Source: Bilabrum cf. latius (taxonomy: Eukaryota). Taken from it: a stretch of 64,000 nucleotides of DNA. Location: positions 496,001 to 560,000 of the forward strand of contig OZ237762.1 of assembly GCA_965178125.1 (NCBI GenBank). Reading direction: 5' to 3'. The position numbers and the translations under genes are program-made. The notes below the pieces were generated by a model that saw only the letters and a list, made by a program, of their open reading frames with translations, was not told where the DNA came from and searched no databases. The first letter of the stretch is position 1. Every line of letters begins with the position of its first letter. Positions 23,511 through 36,023 of the stretch are shown in pieces.

Positions 23511-24761
23511 TCATGCGAGCGGCCGCGTTGGCTCGCTGCAGCGAGGGCCAGCCCACCCCGCGCGGCACACGCAACTCGTGGTGGAATCTCCAGGTGCCTG
23601 CTCCGAAGCACTAACTCGTAGGTAGCTTTCTAAATCAGTCCCGATGCCGGCACTCGGCGGCAAAGGGGGCGGGTACGCCCTGCAGTTCCCGTGTCCCGAG
23701 CACTGGCTCTCGGTGCACGCAGCAGCCGCCGCCACCGTCTCGTTCGCCTGAGGGCCTAGCGTCCCGGCCAGGTACGATGCGAGTTCCTCGCAATTGCTGC
23801 TGTTCACGTTTGAAGAGCTGCCCCAGATCACCACGCCGTCCGCGCCCGTGAGCGAAGGATCTCCGAGCGTCATCAGCATGTCTGTGCTATCGTAGAGGTG
23901 CCTCCCGGTGGGTGGGCCGCCTCCGTACCGATGCAAGCCGTACGGATACACGAGTGGTCTTTTGCTTCCGTTCGCATTCTTTCGACGATTCGCCTCACCG
24001 GCCTTGTCAGCGACACGGATGGCTTCGTTGGTGAGGCCGACGATCTCGCCGTAATTGTTCGTATGGTTGTTCCCTCCCAAGTATATCCTTGGGAACAGTG
24101 CAGTGCTCGCTTCCCACAGCCAGGAAAGCTTGTCGTCCGTGAGATGCTGGCCCGACCAGCTGCAAGACTCGTTGGCGGGTACCCACGCCGGGCCGTCGCA
24201 GCGAGGAAATCCGTAGTACCCCGCCTTGGCGTTCGGATACATGTCTGCAATGAGCTACAGCGACTGCTCGAAAAAAGTTCTCGCTCCAGTATTGAACTGG
24301 GCCTCCGCCTCGGTCAGTACCTGAGACGAGTTCCAGCTGGGGTGCTCTCTCTGCACGAGCTGGATTGACGCCTTCTGGTACACATTGAGGGAATCGTAGT
24401 TTTCGCCCCAAAGCGGTCTCCATGCTTCAAAGTCTAGGACAATAAGACCGCTGTAATTTGGGTCTCCAACGTCGTTATGGAGCTGCTCCTTTAGAGTGGC
24501 AAGATGCAAGGTTATGTTGCTGTTCTGAGGCACTCCTCCGTTCTACCAGGTTCCATTTTTCAACACGTATGGCCACATACCTGTATTATACATGAGAGTA
24601 ATCACATCTCCCATCCACGCATTGTTGGGGTTTGCACTGATTCCGTGCTTCTGCAGACTACCTGTCGGCAAGTGCCCGTAGCAGTTGCCAGTGGGCACGT
24701 TCCACACAACTTGATAGGCACTTGATATTCCAAACAGAAGGGAGACTATGGACAGGTCCAT
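23511..24761 (-). CDS. Hyaluronidase (glycoside hydrolase family 56) with C-terminal EGF-like domain
   Basis: Signal peptide, VVWNVPT, NGGVPQ, catalytic LDFEAWRPLW, GYYGFPRC, LSWLW..STALFP.IY, GADGVVIWGS, CSGHGNC, C.CRAGWAGPRC. Two in-frame TAGs (24543, 24255) join three ORF pieces. Ends in TGA. Confidence 0.9.
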
Positions 24762-24849
24762 GGTAACGCACGCGCGATGCGAAAGGCTGGAATTGCGCCC
24801 AATCAGGCCCCAATACAGTAAGTGTTCGCAACTTCAAGTCGGACGTTGA

Positions 24850-26388
24850 TAGCTAAACCTAGAAGTCCTCAGGATGCTGGACAAATTCCTGCTGGACATG
24901 CGCTGGATGATTGCCAGCGGATCGACGCAGGTAAGGCCATTCTCCATGGGAGGCCGATATGTGCCAAGCCTTGCGATGAACACCGAGCTGCTCACTGCAA
25001 CAGCAGCGGGACGAGTTGCAGTGAGCCTGCTAGATCTGATCGAGTGCCCCCTGAAAAAGGGCCTTGACGTAGCAGCCAGGTACATGTACCAGGGCCGACA
25101 CCTGCAGGGACCACCGCTACAGACGGGCCCCCTCGGGGCCGCCCTGGCACTGGGATACAGAATCAAGATGCCTGGGCGGATTCTACATTCTGACGACGCG
25201 AAGGACTGGCTGGGATATCAAGAGACTGCGAAAAGAGTCACGAAATGGAGGCGATCCACGTCCGGAGCTGCGGAACGGGCATTCACAAGCCTTAGCCTGG
25301 GATGCTCGCACGATCCAGCACTGTCAGACCAAGACCGGGAGCGCGCCGCGTGCGGAGTGGTGATGGTTAACCGATTTGCAACGAAAGGACAGAATGCTTT
25401 CGGACCAGGAGCCATGGTGACTACAGCGGCAATGCAGGAGTACGGTCATCAAGGAAGACGAATCCTGCGCATCCGAGCTGGACAATACCCACAGCAGGGA
25501 ACGCCCAACCTCCAGGTATCGGGCACCGCGGTAGAGCAGATGGAGCGGGCTGAGCATGAGCGTCACGCCGAAACGAAGCCGTGGCAACCTGATGCCGGGG
25601 ATCAGAATAGAGGGAGGTCGCCCGCCTCTCTTCGGAAGGCATGGGCGAAGACAGCTCTCGCCCTGGATCCCTGGGACGAGAAGCTGGAACACACCAACAG
25701 GGCCAAGCCAATCGTCGAAGGCGCGCTCATTCGGATAGAGCGCACGATTGCACGGTCCTCGGAACGTACAGCTGTCAAGGTGCTGGCCAACCAAGTGGTG
25801 CAGGTGCTCCGAAACCAGCTGCGCCAGCAGGAGCAACCGACATGCAGGCAGTGGATGCGTGGTGATGCGGCGGCTGCCTTAGCCGCCACGGCCACGCAGG
25901 AGCTGATAGCGGCAACCAATGCGAACGCCCGACTACAGCGACGGATTTTCAAGCCCCACGGCTTGCTAAAGGATATAGAGAGGCAATGGGCCAAAGGCAT
26001 GAGCGCGTGCATGCTCGCCTCTCTGAAGGATCGTGAGACGCAGAGACGGTCATGGAGGAGGAAATGGTGGGTCTCGACCGGGGACCCTGATGTGGGACTG
26101 GACCGCGCCTTGTGCCGGGCACACGCTCCGCACCTGTATGCTTTCTCCTTGTGAAGGCAACAGGCTGGAGGCCTGTGGGGGACCACACTGATGGCGAAGA
26201 ATGGGAACTCGGCGGCATAGGCTGAGAACGGGGGGCCTTTGGCCTGAAAGGGCCGGGGGTCTTGTAGTCCTTTGTTTTTAGGGCTCCTCTGGATCTAGGT
26301 GATCACCCAAACCCCCTCGGGGGCGACGGTGCATCTGGGTGTTTATGGAATCTTTACCCAACAATGTATTTCTGTATTTCTGTATTTC
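24850..26388 (+). mobile_element. 5'-truncated LINE family B; C-terminal ORF part, 3' UTR and (TATTTCTG)n tail
   Basis: Protein is collinear with the post-RT part of family A (DKFLLDMRWMIASG vs DRFLARMRWMLATG; GRRILRIRAGQYP vs GRLILRVRAGIYP). Octamer tail at ~26365-26388. Confidence 0.88.
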
Positions 26389-26496
26389 AAATATTGACTG
26401 TGCACGGCTACGCCGACAATGAAGTGGACAGGAAGATGTTTGGGCGCAACAAGACTCCCTGCCTAAGCGCACGCAAGCCTTTTCCATGACCGCCCC

Positions 26497-27203
26497 TCAC
26501 GCAGTCTCAACCACCGGACTGTCAACCTCGATGAGAAGCAGGCCCTTCAGCCCGAGCACCTGCTCCAGCACCGACATGCCTGCTTGGAGCATGCTCACTT
26601 GCTCGCTCGAGAGTCCCCCAATCAAGAACAGAGGAGACACGTTCGTCACACCGAACTGGGAGCGCTGCCTCCACTTGTACCGCCGCCACCCAGGATCAGG
26701 CGGTGCTGACACGGTCCTGCCACAGTGCAGTGCACCCAAGCTCCTGTGGGCCCCCGTCGAAACACTGTGACGTATTCTGAACCCCTCGTCATCCGCCATG
26801 CCCCCGGCCCCCTGCACTGCAAGCCCCTGCACCGCTGCAGAGGAGGCGGCGTGTTGTCTGCCCCACGCGCTCCCTCCCCTGCCCCCCCCCGGGACTAACT
26901 AGCCCCCCGGCCCCCGTGCTGCACCACCATGCGGTGCACCCGCTCGTGCCGACTTCCTGGAGGCCCACTTGGAGGTACCCTGCCCGTGCCCATGAGTGGT
27001 TGCAACCGGTCCCATTGGCGTGGGCCCAGCGATCGTGCTATGCACAGACGACGAGATCTATTGCGCGACGAACGTGGACGCAGTTGCCGTGGTACTACTA
27101 GTAGCCGTTGCTGCAGCGGAGCTTGAAGACGAGGACGATGAGGAGCTGACGACTTGTGGGCTATGGCTCCAGCCAGCAGATCCGGGGTGAGGCGCCCCCC
27201 CCG

Positions 27204-27235
<32 letters not shown>

Positions 27236-28752
27236 CCCATTGATGAACTTTTGTTGGCCCACTTGGACCCCGACTAGGACTGGCCCCAGCGGCTCCCGCG
27301 AGGTGCCCCCTGTGGCGGTGCGGCAGGCTCCTCTTCTGGTACAGGCTGCAGACTCGCAGACATGCCGCCGGACGGGTCCCTGCGTTGTTCCCTGCGTTGT
27401 TCCCTGGTCGCGCCACGGCCACCCATGTGGATTTGTTTCACACGGGCCGTGGGTAGGATCGGTCTCAGCCCGCCGTGTTCCCCGGCAGAGCCCTCCCGCC
27501 CAGTGCCGTCCAATAAGCCCATACCACCCATTGTGGATGTGGTGGTGCATCGCACTGCCGCGCCGATGGCAGAGTCGTTCGCTGCAGAGGCGGGCAGGAT
27601 GACGCGGCCCCCGGCGGCAACGTCGTCGGCCTCCTTCACCTTCCCGGCTGATGCTGCGCCCTCCGTGCCGAGGTGCAGTGCACTGTGGCTAGGATGCGCA
27701 CCTGCCTCACGCGAGAACGCGTTGGCGCCGGCATGATCCCGCTACTGGGGTGTATCGCACTGCGGCGGTGCCGCAGCCCTCCAGACCTCCGCTGGGTCCA
27801 GCAGGTCTTGGCCTTGTGGCCCCTTTTGTTTCTCCTTCTCTACTGCTTCACCCGCCCATGATGCGCGGGCAGCATCGGGTCTTGCTCCTCCTTGGCTCGG
27901 ATGCTCGGTTGCAGACGCTGTCGTGCACACGGACTCGGAACAGTCCCCGCCCTCGATGCCTCCGGTGAGCGAGAGGGAGGCCGTGGGCATGCCGCCGGCA
28001 TCGTCGTCTCCCTCCATCGGGGCCTGCCTGGATTCCCGAGCGCGCGCAGGGACACGGTAGGGAGCAGAAGATGTTGTATTGCCCATTGGGTTCATGCGAA
28101 CTGAATCCGTTGGCATCTATGCGCCGCTCGGTGGGTGGTCACGCCTTGTTGCGACCAAGTTCGCGCGACCGCGCGCCGGGCCGGAGCTGTCGACGTCGAC
28201 GCCAGGTTGGTTGCTTTCGACTCCATCTCTCGTTTCCACTGAGCCTAATGCTGCAAATCGCTCGTCGGTACTTGGATATACTAATTTGGAGTCAATTGCG
28301 AAGGTAGGGTCCGTGACGAATTCCTGAATTGGTGAATCACTACTGAGTCTTGTTCCACGTGATGTTTGCAAGGACGTACGGCCCCCTTGATGCGCGAGCT
28401 CGTCATCCTTTTGGCTCACAATATGCCAAGATACGTGCTCATGTTCGCGACAGTATGCATGCACAACAACAGGGGGTTTTGCTTTACTGTCGGTTGTCTG
28501 AGATGCCACGCTGCCAGCAACGCGGGACGATGAGGAGGTGGCTTCTTTGCCCGTGGATTCGCCTTCAGTCAGTGCACTCCACCAGCTTGACCTCAAGTTC
28601 TCCCTAAGCCACACCTACAATACGTATCCTTCAGCCTTCGTGGGCTGGAAAAAACACCGGCTTGTCTGAGTCCGTCGAGCAGCAAGCACCACGCTGCAAC
28701 CATGGCGCGTTTGCTTGCCCTACACCCCGCTTCTGGTTCCTTGCGCTGCCAT
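26497..28752 (-). CDS. Unknown family member 4 (751 aa)
   Basis: VVLAARRTQTSRCFFQPTKAEGYVL*VWLRENL, VVHAYCREHEHVSW, and VSPLFLIGGLSSEQVSMLQAGMSVLEQVLGLKGLLLI. Five ORF-track pieces lie in one frame separated only by TAG. Ends in TGA. Confidence 0.8.
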
Positions 28753-28945
28753 TTGTTCTTTGATTTTAGGCCAGCACACTATGTAGGGACGATTGCTAGG
28801 AGTGTTTGCCGTAAATGCACGAATGTATTGCCAAAGGCGAAACGTGTACTTATATCGTAACTTGATGCCCGCCATCCCACCCTATTGCCCCAAGAAGACA
28901 AGCAACAAACCTATGTGCGCAAAGCTAAATGTTTACATGAACAAG

Positions 28946-30616
28946 TCAATCCAAAATCTCCTCTGCGACTCGTGTTGGCTGTGTATGCTTGGGGCAGCTC
29001 CCATCCTCCCCTCTTGCCACCGGACGCAAAACCACAACAAGCAACCCAAAGAGGCCCAGAACTTCCTCCAATACCGATATTCCGCTCTCGAGCAGCTAAA
29101 CCTGTCTATCGGACAAACCGCTGATCAGAAAAAGGGCTGAAACATTGGCGTGGCGGCAGCCTCGTTGTCGCGCTGCTTCCTTCTCGCCGCAGGCCTCAGT
29201 CCCGCCCACCCGGTTCAATGACGCCTCAGGCTGTGCTGTTTGCTAGCTAGCAACCCCATGACTGCTGTGCGTGCCGGCAGCAGGGAGAAGGCGACTGCTT
29301 CTACGAAAGCAACTCTTGAAGGACGCTGCTGGCGAGTGCTCGGCCTCGCTGCCGCGTTCTGCACAGGCCCAGGGAAGTGCTGGCGGGCTTACCGCTACAC
29401 CTGTGCTCCTATAGCAACGCTATTCGCTTCCGAGAACAACGCGCTGCACTCTTGCGCGGTGCTGAAGCTGCGAAATATGTGCTGCGTCACTGCTATGCCG
29501 AGCAGCAGATGCCAGCGGCAACGGAATCTGCTGCTGTTGATATGTCATCCTGCCCGCACTCTCCCCAGCGTGACCACACGTTATGTGTAGCCCGCTATGC
29601 CGCTCGGCAGCATAGCTGTCGTTGCCAGCAGGCACCGCCGACGGATGGCCACTAGCAACCAGAGGCCGAGCCTTCAGCCTTGTGCTCCTACTCTCGCCGC
29701 GCGATGATACGCCCGTCTAAATACGATCGCAGGGCCAGCTAGAGCACCCAGTAGTCCAGCGGACGCCGGGAGTGGCCCCAGCCGCGGGGCTGGACGAAGA
29801 AGAAGCTCGCCCTTGCGCATCCTGGCGAGGGACCGACGGTGTTGCGACGCTGTCTAGGGCGTCCACGTCTCCTCGCGTGTCATGATGCGATACGAATGCC
29901 ATCGGTAAGCTCGTGCTCCAATGGTGAGTGGTTGAGCACTCGGCGGACTGGCTGGTGCAGCAACTGCCCATGCCATCGCCGCGCACGAATGGACCCTGCG
30001 TGTCCTCGTCCTCATCGAGGAGCCCGTCCATGGAGGCACCGCCACTCTACACGAACGACAGCCGTCTCGGAGAATGCACGCTTGATATTGGGAGTAGTTC
30101 TTCCATGGAGCGAGTAGATTGCGCGCACGATGGGCACTCGGGGTCGGAGCTGACAGCATGATGGCCTGGCGATGTGTCCACGATCGACGCGGTTTGCTTC
30201 CCGTCAGGCCGCTCGAGTGGGATCATAATGCTTTTAGATAATCCCTCAAATTCACCAGAGTAGGCATGCACTCTCAGTGGCTGGGGCACGACAACCCGAT
30301 CGTGCTTGTGCTCGCCATCCATGCCAGCAGCACACCCGCTGGCCACAACTTCTTCGTCGAATTTCTGCCCCGCAAGCAAGAACCAGGCCTTGCAGTTGAG
30401 GTTCTCTCGGAGCCAATTCTATAAAATGATTCCTTCCGCACCTGTTGGTTGAAAGAAACAGCGACTACGTGCTGTTCTTCGGGCAGCTAGAACGACACGA
30501 TTGCCAACGGGACTTGCCAACTTCGATTGCCGTGCGGTGCAAGTTGCGCAAGCGCTATGCACAGTCTTGCAGAGCTATGAGCTGCTCTGGCTGCTACTCT
30601 GTGGTAAATTTGACAT
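28946..30616 (-). CDS. Unknown family member 5 (alternative ATG at 30652)
   Basis: VVLAARRTARSRCFFQPTGAEGIIL*NWLRENLN, LRVHAYSGEF, and VSALFLISGLSDRQV*LLESGISVLEEVLGLFGLLVVVL. One frame, TAG only. Ends in TGA. Confidence 0.78.
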
Positions 30617-31772
30617 TGTACGGCTATTCTGCGGTGAATGATCTTCGAACATGGCCTCACAAAGCAATCGGCCGTTCCTGCGAATCCATCAACGCCAATC
30701 AGCAGCCATCACCATGTCAAACAGCTCAATGCCGACGGATTTTGGTAGCGCCACCGACGTCCGAATCGCTGCTAAAGTCATACGAACGAAATACTCACTC
30801 TAATCGGCAGGATACTACTCAAAATTGTCTGCTATGTGGTAGATGCGCGACCTGTCTCGGGTCAACTGTCTTCATCTTCAGGCTCGCCACGACTTGAAGC
30901 AAGAGATTCCCTTACCTGACCCAAGCATCCCACGGTACCCTGGACCATACCCTGTCCACCTGTAAGCCCCTTCCTATCCTTTGCCGCCCACCAAGGCATC
31001 TCCTCCAACCTCGCGCGGCCTTGCGCGTTGCGCTGCGGTGCCCCTGCAGTGTGCCACGAATTCCCACCTCAGTGCGTGAGGGGCTTGCACCTCTAAGGCT
31101 GAGTTCGCGCGCTGGGCACAGCGCTCGGGCGAGGCGACAAGTTGTGTGGCGTGATTGAGGTGAAGGAAAAAGGGGGTTGGGTGGTATGGAGGACAGGTGG
31201 ACAAGGTGGACGGGGTGGATGAAGCGGGAGGCAAAGACAAGGCAGGAATGTGCAAAGGGGGTGGTGAGGCTCGGAGGGGTTCCGGGTTAGGATGGGGGTA
31301 GGAGAGGATACAATCCCCCATCCAGATGCCGTCATCGGAAGGATCGGCAGTCACATAAGTCGGATGCGTCGCTACAGCCGTAGGCGACAAGAGAGCGAGG
31401 TGGAGCACTCTGAATTGTATCATCTCGCGGGCTTGCACCGTCGGATCGTTCCAGTGCTTTGACCAGCACGTGGCATGAGCCATGACGATAGGCGATCAAT
31501 GCACATGTTTGTCCGCGGCAAAGCTTGTATGCGGCACCACTGTCAGACTGCAGCACAGCAACAGGCTCGGATCAGCGGTACAATTATCGGATAAGACCTA
31601 ATAAATAGATATATACGCTCTAGGGTGCCTATTCTGGCCATATCGCAAGCTTTTTTGTCAACTTTATGCACTTGTCGGTATCACATTGGGCGTAGCACAG
31701 GTTAGGCGCAAATGTTTCGCACTTAACTATTAACGACGATTGCTAGCTGACAGTGCCGAGCCATCATAAGGC

Positions 31773-33059
31773 TCAGTTCCCTCTGAGAACTACCAGCACC
31801 AGACCATCGATCCCGAGCACCTGCTCCAGCAGCCACATGCCGTCCTACAGCATGCTCACTTGCTCACCTGAGAGACCCTCAATTTCAAACAATGGGGAAA
31901 AGGTAAACAAACCGAGCGTACTACTAGAAGCACCCCGTTCAGCAGCGCGGGTCGGTCGGCTTGCTTGTGCAGCTCGTCGGAGCTCTTTGGTCACACTGTC
32001 ACAGGCACCCTCGCGGATCGATTCCTGTTCGGCTTTGCGAGAACCATCGACAAACTAGTCTGTATACTTCTCCTTGCATTGTCTGAGCACAACATAGCGG
32101 ACTGCAGCTCTCGAAAGGGCGGTCGTTGGTGCCGCCGACCCCAGTGGCGTGGACCCACATGCCCGAGTCCCGACGGGTAGTGGCACGTACTGTGTCCCAC
32201 TGCTTCTTGAGGGCGTTGCCTTTGATCTAGACCGAGTGCTACCCGCTCGCACAGGTGAAGCCAGCTCTGGTTGTGCACGATCGCTCAGCTGGCTTCCCCC
32301 GGTCGAAGCAATTTCAGCCACCGGACCAGACTGCTCCAACGTGGCTTTGTAAGTACCGCTACAACGCAAAGCACCATCAATGGGGTACTCACAACATCTG
32401 ATTGGACCTGGTTGTGGTCCAGAATGCCCTATTGCCGCCGTCTCCGTGACCCCATCCGAATCTGTGCCGAGACGTGTCTTCATTCCATCTGTTGCGTCTC
32501 GCTTGCTGGTCGTTGCGGCAGCCTTGCTGAAATCTGTCTCATCGGATGAGGAATACAAGCAATCATCAAGTGTTCTGGTCTCGCTTGATCTGAAGGCTCT
32601 GCTCACACACAGCGTGCTGTCACTGCGCGTCGAGACAGCGTGGCTGATGTCCTGCTGATGGGCACACGACCGCCGCAGCCGAGAAGCGCTGAACTCCCGT
32701 AACGAAGGATCATGTTCCGAGCTTGTGCGTCTTACTTGGATACATACAGTGCTAGGATCCTCTTCGTGGCAGTACGGCCGCACGAACAACGATTCCGGCG
32801 GTGCCAGCGGAGCGGAGATATCCTTGCGGCTGCAAAGCGCAACTTCACCTAAAAGAAATCGCCAGGCTTCTGGCTGCAGATTTTCGCGCAACCAAGCCTG
32901 TAGGACGTCTCCCTCTTTTGCGGTGGGCCGGAAGAAGCAACGGCTCGCTGCCACCCGCCTTGCTGCTAAGACGAGCCGGAACTGCGGAGTGGTGCTGTGT
33001 TGTTTGATGTCACCTCTGCACAAACTAACTGCCGAAGAAGACGCGGACCGTTTGTGCAT
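31773..33059 (-). CDS. Unknown family member 6 (428 aa)
   Basis: LVLAARRVAASRCFFRPTAKEGDVLQAWLRENL, FVRPYCHEEDPS, and FSPLFEIEGLSGEQVSML*DGMWLLEQVLGIDGLVLVVL. Ends in TGA. Confidence 0.8.
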
Positions 33060-34439
33060 CTCGTACTAGAGAACGTTTGCTGCGCTGGAGTATGGAAGGA
33101 AAGGCCTGGGGGATGGGAATCAATTCTTTCAATGCAGTGTCGCCGCAGCTAGGCGTCCAGATGCCACTAGCATTGGACTGGCTCAAGCCTCGCACACCCT
33201 GTTCACCTGCTGTTTACACTCGTATCTTGATAGCACACCACCCTGGTTTATAAGATGAAGTGAGGCGAAAGGATTCTCACGTTTGCTTTCTGCGTTTATA
33301 TGTCGCCCAACAAGTGCTGTGGGGACGCATGCGTTTTCGCGGAAGTCAATGCAATCGACAATTCCGGTTTTGACTAGCGTGCTACGGTCCGAGAACGACC
33401 AAAAGTTCTTGGTATCCCACGAGCATAAATATGGCATCAATACACCAATACATATCTCTTCCCAATGCAAATGATTGGATTGGTCCGCGCACAACGAGTG
33501 CGATGCCAGGCAGTCTAGCCTGCCGTCCCTGAGAGACGGGGTCCTGCCTTCCACCAGCGGTCCCGGGTGAAGCAAAAAGGCAGGACAAAGCTCTTTGGTG
33601 GGGCGGCGCTTCCGCCGGCCAGGCTCCGGGATGGGATTCTCACACCCAGTCCAAAAGGGAGCAGCATGCAGAGTTTTCGCAGGCTGGGCGGAGATACTGC
33701 TGGGTGGGCACTTAGGGCAGGCATACGGAGGCGTTGGGTCTAGGTGGCACTGCCCTCTGGCTTTGGGTGGAGCCACAGCTCATAGGGGCCTACCTGTGTG
33801 CCGAAGAGGCGCTGGATTGGGTAGAGTATCTGCTTCAGGACCTGGCCAAGTGCCACCAAAGCGCCGGAAGTCACACACGAGTGAGGGAAGGGGCAGTCGG
33901 ACGATGATTTCAAGAAGAAGATCCATATGGATCCAGGCACACTGGGGCAAATTTGATTGCGTTCATTGGTTATGTTCGCAAAGAGAGCCGCAGGCCCTCC
34001 CGGCATTTCAATCCAGAGTTTGTAGTGTGCAGAACGAACAGCTTCCGGCAAGGTGGGTGGGTCAATGCCACGGCATCGATCTATCAGAGAGTGAAAGCAG
34101 CAGTAAATGGCAAGCGCAGTAGCCGGATACGAGAATGCCGTGAGTAAGAAAGACAATGTTATGCTCTAGTAGGTTTGCAGTCATTGAAAGCAGCGTGGTC
34201 GCCATGGTCGGAGCGGTGCGCGTGGTGGACTGCCGTTTGGTGTGTGACAAAGCGCGATTGCGAGTGGCAGCAAGAGCGTTCGGGAGTATTATAAAGCTCC
34301 GATGCTTGAAAAGTAACTGATATCAACTAGGCTGCCTTTTTTGATATACTTATCGCAAATTCGTGTGTAGCTTCGGTAGATCGTGCACCACAAACGGATG
34401 CCCGCAACCACCTGGTGGTTTCACCTTTGCTCTCATCCC

Positions 34440-35774
34440 ATGACGCAGTTCGCGTACAGTGCCGCAGAGTTTGACCTCGTAAGTCATTTTCTCGTGATCG
34501 GAGCGAGTGCTCAGCTGGGTGAGAGCCATAGAATTGACGATATTACCATGCTCCATGCGCCACGTCATGCTTTGCTTGAACTGCAACTGCACCCTACATG
34601 CGCAATGGAGGGAGAAATAGATAGCATTACGGATTGCTTGCGGCTTATGTTTCTTACATTAACCTAAGAGTGTGGAAGAAGCGCTGAAGAAGTCGCCTAA
34701 TCGAGGTAGAACACTCCCTGGCTCTGCTGCACCTGACTGCTCCTATAACCAATGCGGCTCCAACCTGATCATCGTAGTCGGATTCCTGTACTTTATCTAC
34801 ACTGTGAGGCAAATGTTTGTATTTGTAATCCGTGGGGCGTCTATCTCTAGAGCTCGCAAAATCTCTCGCCTATCAGATCCATACCAGCCCAACATACCAG
34901 CCCAACGGATCCCACTGTCCTTTCCTGCTACAGCCTCGGGCAAAGCGCCTCTCATCTCTCTCATTTTCCATGCCACGTATCCAATTACTGTTTACGTGCG
35001 CAGGCCCCCAGGAAGACGAGCAGGTACTACCCCAGCTCGTACCTGTCCTTGATAGTGATGGCGTCTGCCTTCATCCTGCTCCTGCTGTAGTTCTTCAGCT
35101 GGAGGGAGGCTTTCGTGCTGGGCGCAGATGGCAAGTTCCGGGTCGGAACCACAACGTACTCCAACGGCTTCAGGTACCTCAACTGGTGCATCGACGTGCC
35201 CTGTCTGCTCATCCAGCTGACGATCGTGGCGCAGCCCGACAAGACCGAGGAGAACGGCGCGCTGCAGCGGAACTTTACCATCGCCGGGCTGCTCATGGTG
35301 CTTCTAGGGTACGTGGGCCAGTTCTACGAAGATGAGGGGGAGATGACGACGCTCATCATTTTCGGTGCTGCTGCCTGCGTGCCCTTCCTCTACGTGCTGT
35401 ACGCGGCCACCTCTGTGCTTGTGAGCGCGTACGGCACTGCGCCCAAGAACGTGCACTGGATCATCACCACCATCCTCTGCATCTTCTACGCTTCGTGGGC
35501 TGGCGCGTACACGCTGGCCTATTTCGCTCCCGCGATGGGCTACAACGTGGAGAGCGTGATCATTCGCACGGGGCTATATACGGGCGCAGACATCCTCTCC
35601 AAGGTGATCTACGGGGTGCTGCTGACCTGGTGGTCAAACGAGTGCGTGAAGCGCGAGACCACTGGGGAGGCACGGGTTGAGGCTGAGGCCAAGATCCCGT
35701 AGGCTTCCGGAGCCGTGGCACCGACTGCCGAGGAGGACGGAAAGGACGGTGTGCGTGCAGCTTCGCAGGCCTGA
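34440..35774 (+). CDS. Microbial (type-1) rhodopsin with NDQ motif, KR2/NaR-like putative light-driven Na+ pump; exons 34440-34518, 34778-34803, 35004-35774 (291 aa)
   Basis: Helix C NGFRYLNWCIDVPCLLIQL (N-D-Q). Helix G ADILSKVIYG (retinal Lys). Spliced N-terminus FDLVSHFLVIGASAQLVGFLYFIYT...SYLSLIVMASAFILLLL*FFSW parallels KR2 helices A-B. Two GT-AG introns keep the frame. TAGs at 35088 and 35700; TGA at 35772. Confidence 0.9.
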
Positions 35775-36023
35775 GCTGGTCCGAATCAGTAACGAGGAAA
35801 AGCGGCATTTGCTGCGCTTCGCAAGCACCTCGCTGCTGGAATCGTAAGGGAAACAGGGCAGGGGGTTGTTCTCCGTACCCGTGGCATGAAATGTGTTTCG
35901 CGGAAGTCGATCCGGTCCGGCTCTAGTTCCGGTTTTAGGCTCCCGACGGGCCCGGGTGCGACCACGAGTGTTTCGTTGAACAGGAAAAAGAGGTCATAAG
36001 CAAGAATTGTCAGAAAAGCAGTC

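Noticed and set aside
30900-31560. ORFs in a purine/pyrimidine-skewed region
   Set aside because: Low-complexity translations with no supported homology; possibly an old repeat.
33183-34250. Possible minus-strand gene between member 6 and the rhodopsin
   Set aside because: Overlapping ORFs with no recognisable motif or consistent exon structure.
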